Source: an uncultured Spirochaetales bacterium (GTDB lineage Bacteria > Myxococcota_A > UBA9160 > SMWR01). Taken from it: DNA of 54,329 bases. Below, one piece after another: positions 18,822 to 26,028 of this stretch. The notes below the pieces were generated by a model. It saw nothing but the letters and a program-made list of their open reading frames with translations. It searched no databases and was not told the origin of the DNA. Position numbers and translations under genes: made by a program. The DNA lies in NCBI GenBank assembly GCA_964413375.1, contig CAYPSI010000075.1, positions 1 through 54,329 of the forward strand, in the 5' to 3' direction. How positions within the stretch are numbered: position 1 is the stretch's first letter; the number at the start of each line of letters is the position of its first letter.

Positions 18822-19718
18822 CTATCGGGATTCGGCGCTTCTCGCGAGCCGCACCCACGCGGGTGGCGCGAGGCGCAGGCGATCCAACGCCAGCTCCGCG
18901 GCAGCTGGGGTCGCGAAGACTCCGTAGAGGGTGCCGCCGCTCCCGGACAGGCCCACGGCAAGGGCGCCCGCGGAGCGCAGCGCGCCCCGGACCGGGGCGA
19001 GGGCCGGGCAGACCCTCTCGGCTGCGGCTTCGAGATCGTTCACGACCAGCGCGGCCAGGCGACCGGTCACGCCCTGCGCAGGACCGCCGAGCGCCGCAGC
19101 CAGCTGCTCCGCGAGCTGACCGGCCAGGCCGGGGCGCGTCCCGGTCGATGCGTAGGCGGCGAAGACAGCTGCGGTCGCGACCGGATGGCCGGGGTTCGCG
19201 AGCACGACGGCGAGCGCCGGGAGCCGTCCAGGAAGCGGAAGCCGTCGCTCGCCGACCCCGTAGACCAGCGCAGGGCGCGGATCGAGAAAGAAAGGCACGT
19301 CGGCACCGAGGCGCAGCGCGATGGCCGCGAGGCCTTCGACGTCGATCGCCCCGGGGAAGCGCTCCGCGAGCGCGCGCAGCACCGCTCCCGCATCGCTCGA
19401 GCCGCCGCCGAGCCCCGCAGCCGCAGGAATCCGCTTCGCGAGCGCGATCCGCACGCGGGCGTAGAGCCCCGACGCGTCCAGGAAGGCGTGCGCCGCACGC
19501 ACCGAGAGGTTTGCGGCATCCGCAGGAACAAGAGCCTCTGCGCCCGAGAGCGCGAGCGAAACCTCGCTCGGCCCGTCGACTCGATCCTCGCATTCGATCT
19601 CGAGCTCGTCGGCGAGATCGATCGGCACGAAGACGCTCTCGAGCTCGTGGTAGCCGTCGGGCCGGCGGCCGACGATCCGCAGCCCCAAGTTGAGCTTGGC
19701 GGGGGCGAGGACGCGCAC
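18822..19718 (-). CDS. ispE: 4-diphosphocytidyl-2-C-methyl-D-erythritol kinase
   Basis: APAKLNLGLRIVGRRPDGYHELES, KRIPAAAGLGGGSSDA, LGADVPFF, LSGSG. Confidence 0.96.
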   Translation of the reverse strand: MRVLAPAKLNLGLRIVGRRPDGYHELESVFVPIDLADELEIECEDRVDGPSEVSLALSGAEALVPADAANLSVRAAHAFLDASGLYARVRIALAKRIPAAAGLGGGSSDAGAVLRALAERFPGAIDVEGLAAIALRLGADVPFFLDPRPALVYGVGERRLPLPGRLPALAVVLANPGHPVATAAVFAAYASTGTRPGLAGQLAEQLAAALGGPAQGVTGRLAALVVNDLEAAAERVCPALAPVRGALRSAGALAVGLSGSGGTLYGVFATPAAAELALDRLRLAPPAWVRLARSAESR

Positions 19719-19725
19719 GAGGCGG

Positions 19726-20094
19726 CTACTTGCGAGCCTTCCCCGCCTCGACGAAGTGCATGCGCAGCTCGTAGAGCAGGCTCTCGAGAAGCTCGTGCTC
19801 CTGGGCGTCGAGGTTGCCGCGCGTCTTCACCTCGAGCAGCTCGAGGGTATCGATCGTGTTGCGCGCGAGCGCAAGCTCGGGCGGGGAGATCTTCTGACCG
19901 GTCTCCGGATGGGCCACGATGCCGAGGTGGTAGAAAGCGGAAGTAGCGAGGGAGAGCACGAAGGCGCCGAAGTCTACGCGGGGAAGCCCCGTCGCAGCCG
20001 GCTCGCCAGGCCCGCTGGCCTCGCCCTCTGTCGCGCTCGCGCGCCGGTCGACGATGGTGAAGCCGCGCTCGCGATCGTCGGGTTCGCCCGCCAT
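19726..20094 (-). CDS. DUF1844-like protein
   Basis: VDFGAFVLSLATSAFYHLG...LALARNTIDTLELLEVKTRGNLDAQEHELLESLLYELRMHFV. Start MAGEPDD overlaps the upstream stop (TGATG). Confidence 0.8.
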   Translation of the reverse strand: MAGEPDDRERGFTIVDRRASATEGEASGPGEPAATGLPRVDFGAFVLSLATSAFYHLGIVAHPETGQKISPPELALARNTIDTLELLEVKTRGNLDAQEHELLESLLYELRMHFVEAGKARK

Positions 20095-20711
20095 CAGGCC
20101 TGCTCCCGCAGCGCTGCGCGCTCGCTCGCGTCGAGCTTCTCCATCTCCTGATAGGCGCGCAGGAAGCGCTGCCCGACCGTGAGCGTGCTCCCCAGGCCGA
20201 CGATCCACAGGGCGGGCAGCATGCAGCCGAAGAGCGCCCCCGCGGCCAGGATCAACACCCGCTCGGCGCGCTCCAGGAATCCCACGCGAAAGACCGGCAA
20301 CACGAGCTCCGCCCGGGCCTGCGCGTAGGAGACGAGCACGCTCGCGATCAGCGCGTAGCCGGCCAGCAGCACGTGCCACGGCTCGCCGACGATCGCGTAG
20401 TACGTCGCGATGCCGACGAGCAGTGCCATGTCGGTGAGGCGGTCGAGCGTCGAGTCCAGGAAGGCCCCGAAGCGGGTGGCGAGGCCGTGCGCGCGCGCGA
20501 CCACCCCGTCGACCAGATCGAAGACCCCGCCTGCAAGGATCAGCAGGCCGCCCGTCACGAACCAGCCCGTGGCGAAGGCCGTGGCCGCGCCGAGCGAGAC
20601 GACGCACCCCACCAGCGTGAGCAGGTTCGGGTCGAGCGGCCGGCGGAAGAGGAAGGGCAGGACCGCCTTGACGGTGGCGTCGAGCCGATATCCGAGCTTC
20701 GCCTTGATCAC
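20094..20711 (-). CDS. CDP-alcohol phosphatidyltransferase, PIP/archaetidylinositol-phosphate synthase-like
   Basis: DPNLLT; family motif DLVDGVVAR...GAFLDSTLDRLTD; LVSYAQARAE and GFLERAER; multiple TM helices. Confidence 0.85.
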   Translation of the reverse strand: MIKAKLGYRLDATVKAVLPFLFRRPLDPNLLTLVGCVVSLGAATAFATGWFVTGGLLILAGGVFDLVDGVVARAHGLATRFGAFLDSTLDRLTDMALLVGIATYYAIVGEPWHVLLAGYALIASVLVSYAQARAELVLPVFRVGFLERAERVLILAAGALFGCMLPALWIVGLGSTLTVGQRFLRAYQEMEKLDASERAALREQA

Positions 20712-20730
20712 GGGTTCCCTCCCGCCGCGC

Positions 20731-20913
20731 TCAGCGCTGCTCCGGCTCCCGCGACTCCTTGCGCGCGGGCTCCTCGATTCGAACCGATACGGACTTGCTC
20801 GCGACGTCGGGAAGCGCGCCGAGCGCGCGCTCGAGCTCCTCCTGGGACATGTGCCCCCGCCGCCGCATCAGGCGGCGATCGAGCTGCAGGCGATCTCGTG
20901 ATTGGCGATCCAT
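20731..20913 (-). CDS. Small hypothetical protein (60 aa)
   Basis: MDRQSRDRLQLDRRLMRRRGHMSQEELERALGALPDVASK...; SD GAAGGAG upstream; own extended -10 promoter; heads the phosphatidyltransferase-ispE operon. Confidence 0.65.
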   Translation of the reverse strand: MDRQSRDRLQLDRRLMRRRGHMSQEELERALGALPDVASKSVSVRIEEPARKESREPEQR

Positions 20914-20942
20914 GCTTTCTCCTTCCGGTCGAAGCGGAGGAA

Positions 20943-20981
20943 ACGCTAGCAAATTGACACCCCTCGAGGATCGGATAGCCT
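20943..20981. promoter_or_regulatory. Back-to-back divergent promoters
   Basis: Plus strand: TTGACA(20954-59)-N16-TAGCCT(20976-81) toward bamD. Minus strand: extended -10 TGcTAGCGT (20951-20943) toward the small ORF. Confidence 0.55.
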
Positions 20982-21009
20982 GCGCCGGACGCTGCCGGGG
21001 AGGCTTCCT

Positions 21010-21789
21010 TTGATCGCTCGCTGGCTGGCCTCGCTGGCGCTCCTCGCGCTCGTCGCAGCCTGCTCGAAGCCCCCGCCGAGCTTCGAGGAGGTCGAGCCGG
21101 CCGACGTGCTCTACCAGCGTGGGCTCGAAACCCTCGAGGGCGGCACCTGGCTCGGTGTGATTCCGCGCGTCGACTACGAAGACGCGATCAACACCTTCCA
21201 GTCGATCATCGACAACTACCCGTACAGCGAGTACGCGGTGCTCGCCGAGCTACGCATCGCGGACGCCTACTTCGACGACGCGAAGTACGAGGAGGCCCTG
21301 GCCTACTACCGGGACTTCGCCGACCTGCACCCGCAGCACGAGATGGTCCCCTACACGATCTACCGCGCCGCGTTGTGTCACGAGCGGAGGATGCGGAGCC
21401 CGAACCGGGACCAGACGCCGACTCGCGACGCCCTGCTCTTCCTCGATCGCCTGCTCGCGCACTACCCCTATTCGGAGTACGGCGCCGAGGCGGAAGTCCT
21501 GTGGCGCTCGCTGCGCACGCGCCTCGCGCAGCACGTGAAGGAGATCGCCGATTTCTACATCGCCCGCGATGAATGGGAGAGCGCCGCGGAGCGTTACCGA
21601 ACGATCCTGAACGAATACCCGGGGCTGGGCTTCGACGCGGAGGCCCTCTACCGGCTGGGCCTGTGCTATCTGCGCATGAACCGGGAGAGCGAGGCCGAGA
21701 GCATCTTCCAGGCCGTGGTCCAGAACTACCAGGACAGCGACCTCGCCCGCGACGCCGAGGACCGGATCGCGGCGATGCACGAAGGTTGA
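21010..21789 (+). CDS. bamD: Outer-membrane protein assembly lipoprotein BamD
   Basis: Lipobox LVAAC; DNYPYSEYAVLAELRIADAYF, FADLHPQHEMVPY, RDQTPTRDAL, SAAERYR. Confidence 0.93.
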   Translation: MIARWLASLALLALVAACSKPPPSFEEVEPADVLYQRGLETLEGGTWLGVIPRVDYEDAINTFQSIIDNYPYSEYAVLAELRIADAYFDDAKYEEALAYYRDFADLHPQHEMVPYTIYRAALCHERRMRSPNRDQTPTRDALLFLDRLLAHYPYSEYGAEAEVLWRSLRTRLAQHVKEIADFYIARDEWESAAERYRTILNEYPGLGFDAEALYRLGLCYLRMNRESEAESIFQAVVQNYQDSDLARDAEDRIAAMHEG

Positions 21790-21792
21790 GCC

Positions 21793-22584
21793 TTGCCCGA
21801 AGCAGGTCCCCTCTCCGCCTCGGAGCGCCGCCACTACCACCTCGGCCTGCGCAGCTTCGAGCGCGGCGAGGACGCTGCCGCCCTCGAGCATCTTTCCGAG
21901 CTGGCGCGAACGCGAGGGGGCTTCGCCGACGTCCACTACATGCTGGGTGTCCTGCACGAGCGGCGCGACGACATTCCCGCGGCGGCCAGCTGCCTGACCC
22001 GGGCGCTGCGGCTCAACCCCGGCTACGCCGAGGCGATGCTCGCGTTGGCCACGGTCTACGAGCGACAGGGAGACTTCGACCGCTCGCGCGAAGTGACCGA
22101 GCGCGCCCGGGCCGCCGCGCCGGCCGCGGATGGGAGACTGGACGCCACGACGCGCGGCAAACTCGCGAACCTCCAGGCGACGCTGGGCGACGCCTATCGC
22201 GAAGTGGGCGAGCTGCGCGAGGCGATGGAGGCCTACCGCAAGGCACTCGACCGCTGCCCGACCTTCCACGACATCCGGCTGCGCCTGGCCGTGGTATTGC
22301 GCGAGATCGGGCTGCCGCACCAGGCCCTCGCGGAGCTCGAGCGCGTGCGCCGGGCGAATCCGGGCTGGCTCGATGCCAGCGTGCAGATCGGCCTGGTCCT
22401 CTACACGCTCGGGCGTAGCGAGGAAGCCATCCGCGAATGGCAGGGGGTGATCGCGCACACTCCCGACCACCGCGATGCCGCGATGTACCTGCGCATGCTG
22501 GGCGCCGACCGCCCCGCGGGGGGAATCCCGCCGCCGGCCGCGCCCGAGGCGAAGCCAGGGGTTCCCTTCCGCGGCGATTCGTGA
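21793..22584 (+). CDS. Cytoplasmic TPR-repeat protein
   Basis: Repeated TPR motifs (FADVHYMLG, ALRLNPGYAEA, ALDRCPTFHDIR, ANPGWLDASVQIG). Confidence 0.85.
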   Translation: MPEAGPLSASERRHYHLGLRSFERGEDAAALEHLSELARTRGGFADVHYMLGVLHERRDDIPAAASCLTRALRLNPGYAEAMLALATVYERQGDFDRSREVTERARAAAPAADGRLDATTRGKLANLQATLGDAYREVGELREAMEAYRKALDRCPTFHDIRLRLAVVLREIGLPHQALAELERVRRANPGWLDASVQIGLVLYTLGRSEEAIREWQGVIAHTPDHRDAAMYLRMLGADRPAGGIPPPAAPEAKPGVPFRGDS

Positions 22585-22684
22585 TTGGATGGAGGGGCAA
22601 GGAGCGCCGGCTCTCCGCGGTGCTCGCATCGGGCCGGAGGTCCCTCGAGGCCCGCCTCGCGGCCTCCGGCGAGGAGGCCCAGAT

Positions 22685-23119
22685 ATGCACCGACTGCGTC
22701 ACCTCTTCGAGCGCCGCAACCTGGTGACCGCAGCGCCCGGCGCAAGCGTCTATGACGTGGCCGCGACGATGAGCGCGGGAGGCGTCGGCGCCGTCCCGAT
22801 CGTCGACGGGGATCGCCTCGTCGGGATCTTCAGTGAGCGAGACCTGATGACGCGCGTCGTCGTGCCGCGCCGCGATCCCGAGCGCACGCTCGTCTCCGAG
22901 GTGATGACGCACGAGGTCGTGACCGCCACGCTCGAGGACCACGTCGACTTCTGCGTCGAGGCGATGCGCAAGGCGGGCTGCCGGCACCTGCCGGTGCTCG
23001 TGGGAGATCGGGTGATCGGGGTCTTCTCGATGCGGGACCTGCTGCGCGACGAACTCGAGGAGCAGGATCTGGAGCTCCGGCACCTGCGCGCGTACCTGCA
23101 CCAGACGCCGGTTTCATGA
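22685..23119 (+). CDS. Tandem CBS-domain protein
   Basis: GAVPIVDGDRLVGIFSERDL and CRHLPVLVGDRVIGVFSMRDL. Start MHRL at ATG 22685. Confidence 0.9.
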   Translation: MHRLRHLFERRNLVTAAPGASVYDVAATMSAGGVGAVPIVDGDRLVGIFSERDLMTRVVVPRRDPERTLVSEVMTHEVVTATLEDHVDFCVEAMRKAGCRHLPVLVGDRVIGVFSMRDLLRDELEEQDLELRHLRAYLHQTPVS

Positions 23120-23133
23120 CGATGGCTCGGGTT

Positions 23134-23234
23134 TGAGGACGAGGGCTCGAGGTCCGAGGACGAGGGCTCGATTCGAGAGGCCGTGCCCACTCCGCTCGCC
23201 TTCGGCTCGCTGCGCGCGCGCTTCGCGCGCTTGC
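23134..23234 (+). repeat. Interspersed mini-hairpin repeat, full copy with duplicated head
   Basis: Head GAGGACGAGGGCTCGA twice (23135, 23156), then the core CACTCCGCTCGCCTTCGGCTCGCTGCGCGCGCGCTTCGCGCGCTTGC. Confidence 0.9.
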
Positions 23235-23322
23235 AGGTCCCGGTTCGGGATCGGGAGCGACGCGAATCAGGAGGCCGGTGCGCGTGGGGTAGCTCTCGCG
23301 GTGGTGCGCGGGGCGGTGTAGA

Positions 23323-23844
23323 TTGCCGGGCGTGGGGGGTTTGGCGCCGATCGATGTGGCGGCGCTCGCGATCCTCGGGATCGCGGCATTCCGCGGGCTT
23401 GCCCTCGGTCTCGTCCGAGAATCCTTCTCCGTCGGCTCGATCGGGATCGCCTATATGGCGGTCGTGCTCTACGCGGATCGCCTCGCGCAGTGGATCGAGC
23501 GCGAGACGAACGGCGAGGTGGGCGCGCTCGTCGCTCCCTGGGTCGCCGGCGCGGCGATCGTGGTCGCCGGCATCGCGGCGGCAGTGATCCTCGGGCGGCT
23601 CGCCAAACGCGGCGCGAGGCTCGCGGGCCTCGGCTGGATCGACCGCGCGGGCGGTGTCGTGCTCGGCTCGGCCGAGGGCCTGCTGGTGGTCGGAATCCTG
23701 CTGTCGATCGCGGCGGCGATCCTCGGGCGCGAGCACCCGGTGATCGCAAGCTCGCGCAGCCTGGTGGCCTTCGAGCGCTTCCAGCACCTCGCCGAAGCGG
23801 GCGAATGGTCGCTCCCGGACGTGGCGGCGCGCCCGAAGTCGTAG
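23323..23844 (+). CDS. cvpA: CvpA family membrane protein
   Basis: IDVAALAIL...AFRGLALGLVRE, GLGWIDRAGGVVLGSAEG, SRS; 4 TM helices. Start may be GTG 23332. Confidence 0.85.
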   Translation: MPGVGGLAPIDVAALAILGIAAFRGLALGLVRESFSVGSIGIAYMAVVLYADRLAQWIERETNGEVGALVAPWVAGAAIVVAGIAAAVILGRLAKRGARLAGLGWIDRAGGVVLGSAEGLLVVGILLSIAAAILGREHPVIASSRSLVAFERFQHLAEAGEWSLPDVAARPKS

Positions 23845-23881
23845 CTGGGCCCCCCGCTCAACCAGGCGAGCGGGTTGGGCA

Positions 23882-23911
23882 ACCCGCCCGCCCCGCCCGC
23901 CCGCCCGCCCC
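23882..23911. repeat. (CCCG)n simple repeat, G-tract-rich on the minus strand
   Basis: ACCCGCCCGCCCCGCCCGCCCGCCCGCCCC; the minus strand carries seven G3/G4 runs with 1-nt linkers. Confidence 0.8.
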
Positions 23912-23921
23912 GAACGGACCC

Positions 23922-24021
23922 GCAAGGCCGCGAAGCGGCCGCGCAGCGAGCCGAAGGCGAGCGGAGTGGGCAGGGCCTCCCGATTCGAGCCCTCGTCCTC
24001 GGACCTGAGCCCTCGTCCTCA
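23922..24021 (-). repeat. Interspersed mini-hairpin repeat, full copy, inverted relative to 23134-23234
   Basis: Reverse complement TGAGGACGAGGGCTCAGGTCCGAGGACGAGGGCTCGAATCGGGAGGCCCTGCCCACTCCGCTCGCCTTCGGCTCGCTGCGCGGCCGCTTCGCGGCCTTGC; it begins on the ispG TGA. Confidence 0.9.
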
Positions 24022-26028
24022 GACCTGATCTTCCCAGCGGCCGTGGGCGCGGATCAGCTCGACGAGCCGATCGGGTGCTTGCGCCTCGGGGACCTTGCGC
24101 TCGACGCAGTCCTTCCCGACGTAGAGATTCACGATGCCAGGCCCGGAGCCCACGTAGCCGAAGTCCGCGTCGGCCATCTCGCCCGGCCCGTTCACGATGC
24201 AGCCCATCACCGCGATCTTGACGCCCGGAAGATGCTGCGTGCGCAGCTTGATGCGCGCCGTCACTGCCTCGAGATCGAAGAGCGTGCGCCCGCAGGAGGG
24301 GCACGAGATGAACTCGGTGCGGGTCGTACGCTGGCGCGCGCCCTGGAGCACCCGGTAGCCGAGGTCGAGCGCCTGCGCCGCGTCTGCGAAGCCGGCAAGC
24401 GCAACGGCATCGCCGATCCCGTCCGCGAGCGGCACCCCGAGCTCGAGCCCGGCGCGCAGGCAGGTCTCCTCGTCGCTCGCGTCGGCCCGGCGTCGGTGCC
24501 GCAGCACGATCGGCGCGTCGCCAAGCCCCTGCGCGCGCAGGCGCGCAGCCGCGATGCGGACGGCCTGCACCGGCTGCTCCGCGTCGACCGAGAACGCGAG
24601 CGCCGTGGCGCCCGCCGCCGCGCTTGCGGCGAGACAGCGGTCGACGAGCCGGGGGATCTGCGCGACCTCGGCGCGCAGCTCCCACTCGAGCGGCACCCGT
24701 CGGCGCGCCGCACAGGTCGCCGCCGCGGAGAGCTCGACATCCGTCACCAGCGCCCCGGCCATCGCCACGATGCGCCCGGCCGCCACCGAGGCGCGCTCGG
24801 CCCAACCGGCCTCCACCCGGACGGCGAGTGGCAGCTCGATCCCGGCCGCAGCGAGGGCCTTCGCAAAGGCCTCGAGACGCTCCCCCGCGCCAGGATCGAG
24901 GCACTCGACGAGGATCCCCTCACAGGCGAGGCCGCGCGCCCGGAAGAACGCGCGCGCGAGGGAACGGGCCGTCCCAGCGGGATCCGTCGACACCGGACCC
25001 AGGTCGAGCTCGACGCGAACCGGGTTCTCGCCGCCGATCTCGAGGTCGCCGCCGCCGATCGGGCGCGTGGAGCGGCGACGCGGCGCGAGCGGATCGTCGA
25101 TGGTCGCGGCCCCGGGGTCCCCGGGATCGGCCGTGGCACGCGCGAGCGTCGCCTCCGCAAGCCGCGCCAGCTCCCTGGCGACTGGGATCTCCTTCACGGG
25201 ATCCTCGGTCAGCGAGACGCGGATCGTGTCGCCCAGGCCGTCGAGCAGCAGCGCCCCGATCCCGATCGCGCTCTTGACGCGGCCGTCCTCGCCGTCTCCG
25301 GCCTCGGTCACACCGACGTGGAAGGGATAGGAGGCTTGCCCGGGTGCGCGCTCCTCGAGCCGGAGGGCCAGGAGTCGATAGGCCTGGATCGCCACCAGCG
25401 GATTGCTGGCCTTCATGCTGAAGACGACGTCGCGATAGCCCTCGCCCTCGCAGACGTCGAGGAACTCGAGGGCGCTCTCGACCATGCCGCGCGGCGAATC
25501 GCCGTAGCGATTCATGATCCGGTCGGAGAGCGAGCCGTGGTTGGTGCCGATGCGAAGCGCCCGCCCGAGCTCCTTGCAGCGGCGCACGAGCGGCCGGAAG
25601 CGCTCCGCCACGCGCTCGATCTCCGTCTGGTACTCGGCGTCCTCGTACTCGCGGACGGCGAACTTCTTCTTGTCGGCGTAGTTGCCGGGGTTGATCCGGA
25701 CCTTCTCCACGTGCTCCGCGGCGATCAGCGCGGCGCCCGGGGTGAAGTGGATGTCGGCCACGAGAGGGACCCGGACGCCGCGCGCGGCGAGCGCCGCGCG
25801 GATCTCCGGCAGCTTCTCGGCCTCGCGCAACGAGGGCACCGTGAGGCGCACGATCTCGCAGCCGGCCGCGACGAGCCGCTCGATCTGCGCGACGCACCCG
25901 AGCGTGTCGAGCGTGTCGGTGGTCAGCATCGACTGCAGGCGGAGCGGATTCGCACCGCCCACGCCGACGTCGCCGACGCGCACCTCGCGGGTCGCGCGGC
26001 GTCGCGGAGAGAAGGGGCTCGCCCTCAT
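24019..26028 (-). CDS. ispG: (E)-4-hydroxy-3-methylbut-2-enyl-diphosphate synthase, long three-domain form
   Basis: RLQSM, PLVADIHF, KVRINPGNY, RIGTNHGSLS, HVGVTEAG, DTIRVSLT; Fe-S ligands SCPSCGR and MGCIVNGPGE; 669 aa. Confidence 0.96.
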   Translation of the reverse strand: MRASPFSPRRRATREVRVGDVGVGGANPLRLQSMLTTDTLDTLGCVAQIERLVAAGCEIVRLTVPSLREAEKLPEIRAALAARGVRVPLVADIHFTPGAALIAAEHVEKVRINPGNYADKKKFAVREYEDAEYQTEIERVAERFRPLVRRCKELGRALRIGTNHGSLSDRIMNRYGDSPRGMVESALEFLDVCEGEGYRDVVFSMKASNPLVAIQAYRLLALRLEERAPGQASYPFHVGVTEAGDGEDGRVKSAIGIGALLLDGLGDTIRVSLTEDPVKEIPVARELARLAEATLARATADPGDPGAATIDDPLAPRRRSTRPIGGGDLEIGGENPVRVELDLGPVSTDPAGTARSLARAFFRARGLACEGILVECLDPGAGERLEAFAKALAAAGIELPLAVRVEAGWAERASVAAGRIVAMAGALVTDVELSAAATCAARRRVPLEWELRAEVAQIPRLVDRCLAASAAAGATALAFSVDAEQPVQAVRIAAARLRAQGLGDAPIVLRHRRRADASDEETCLRAGLELGVPLADGIGDAVALAGFADAAQALDLGYRVLQGARQRTTRTEFISCPSCGRTLFDLEAVTARIKLRTQHLPGVKIAVMGCIVNGPGEMADADFGYVGSGPGIVNLYVGKDCVERKVPEAQAPDRLVELIRAHGRWEDQV

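Noticed and set aside
23135-23171. Tandem GAGGACGAGGGCTCGA units resembling a mini-CRISPR
   Set aside because: Only two units at 21-bp period with a 5-nt gap. There are no unique spacers and no cas genes; they are the head of the interspersed repeat.
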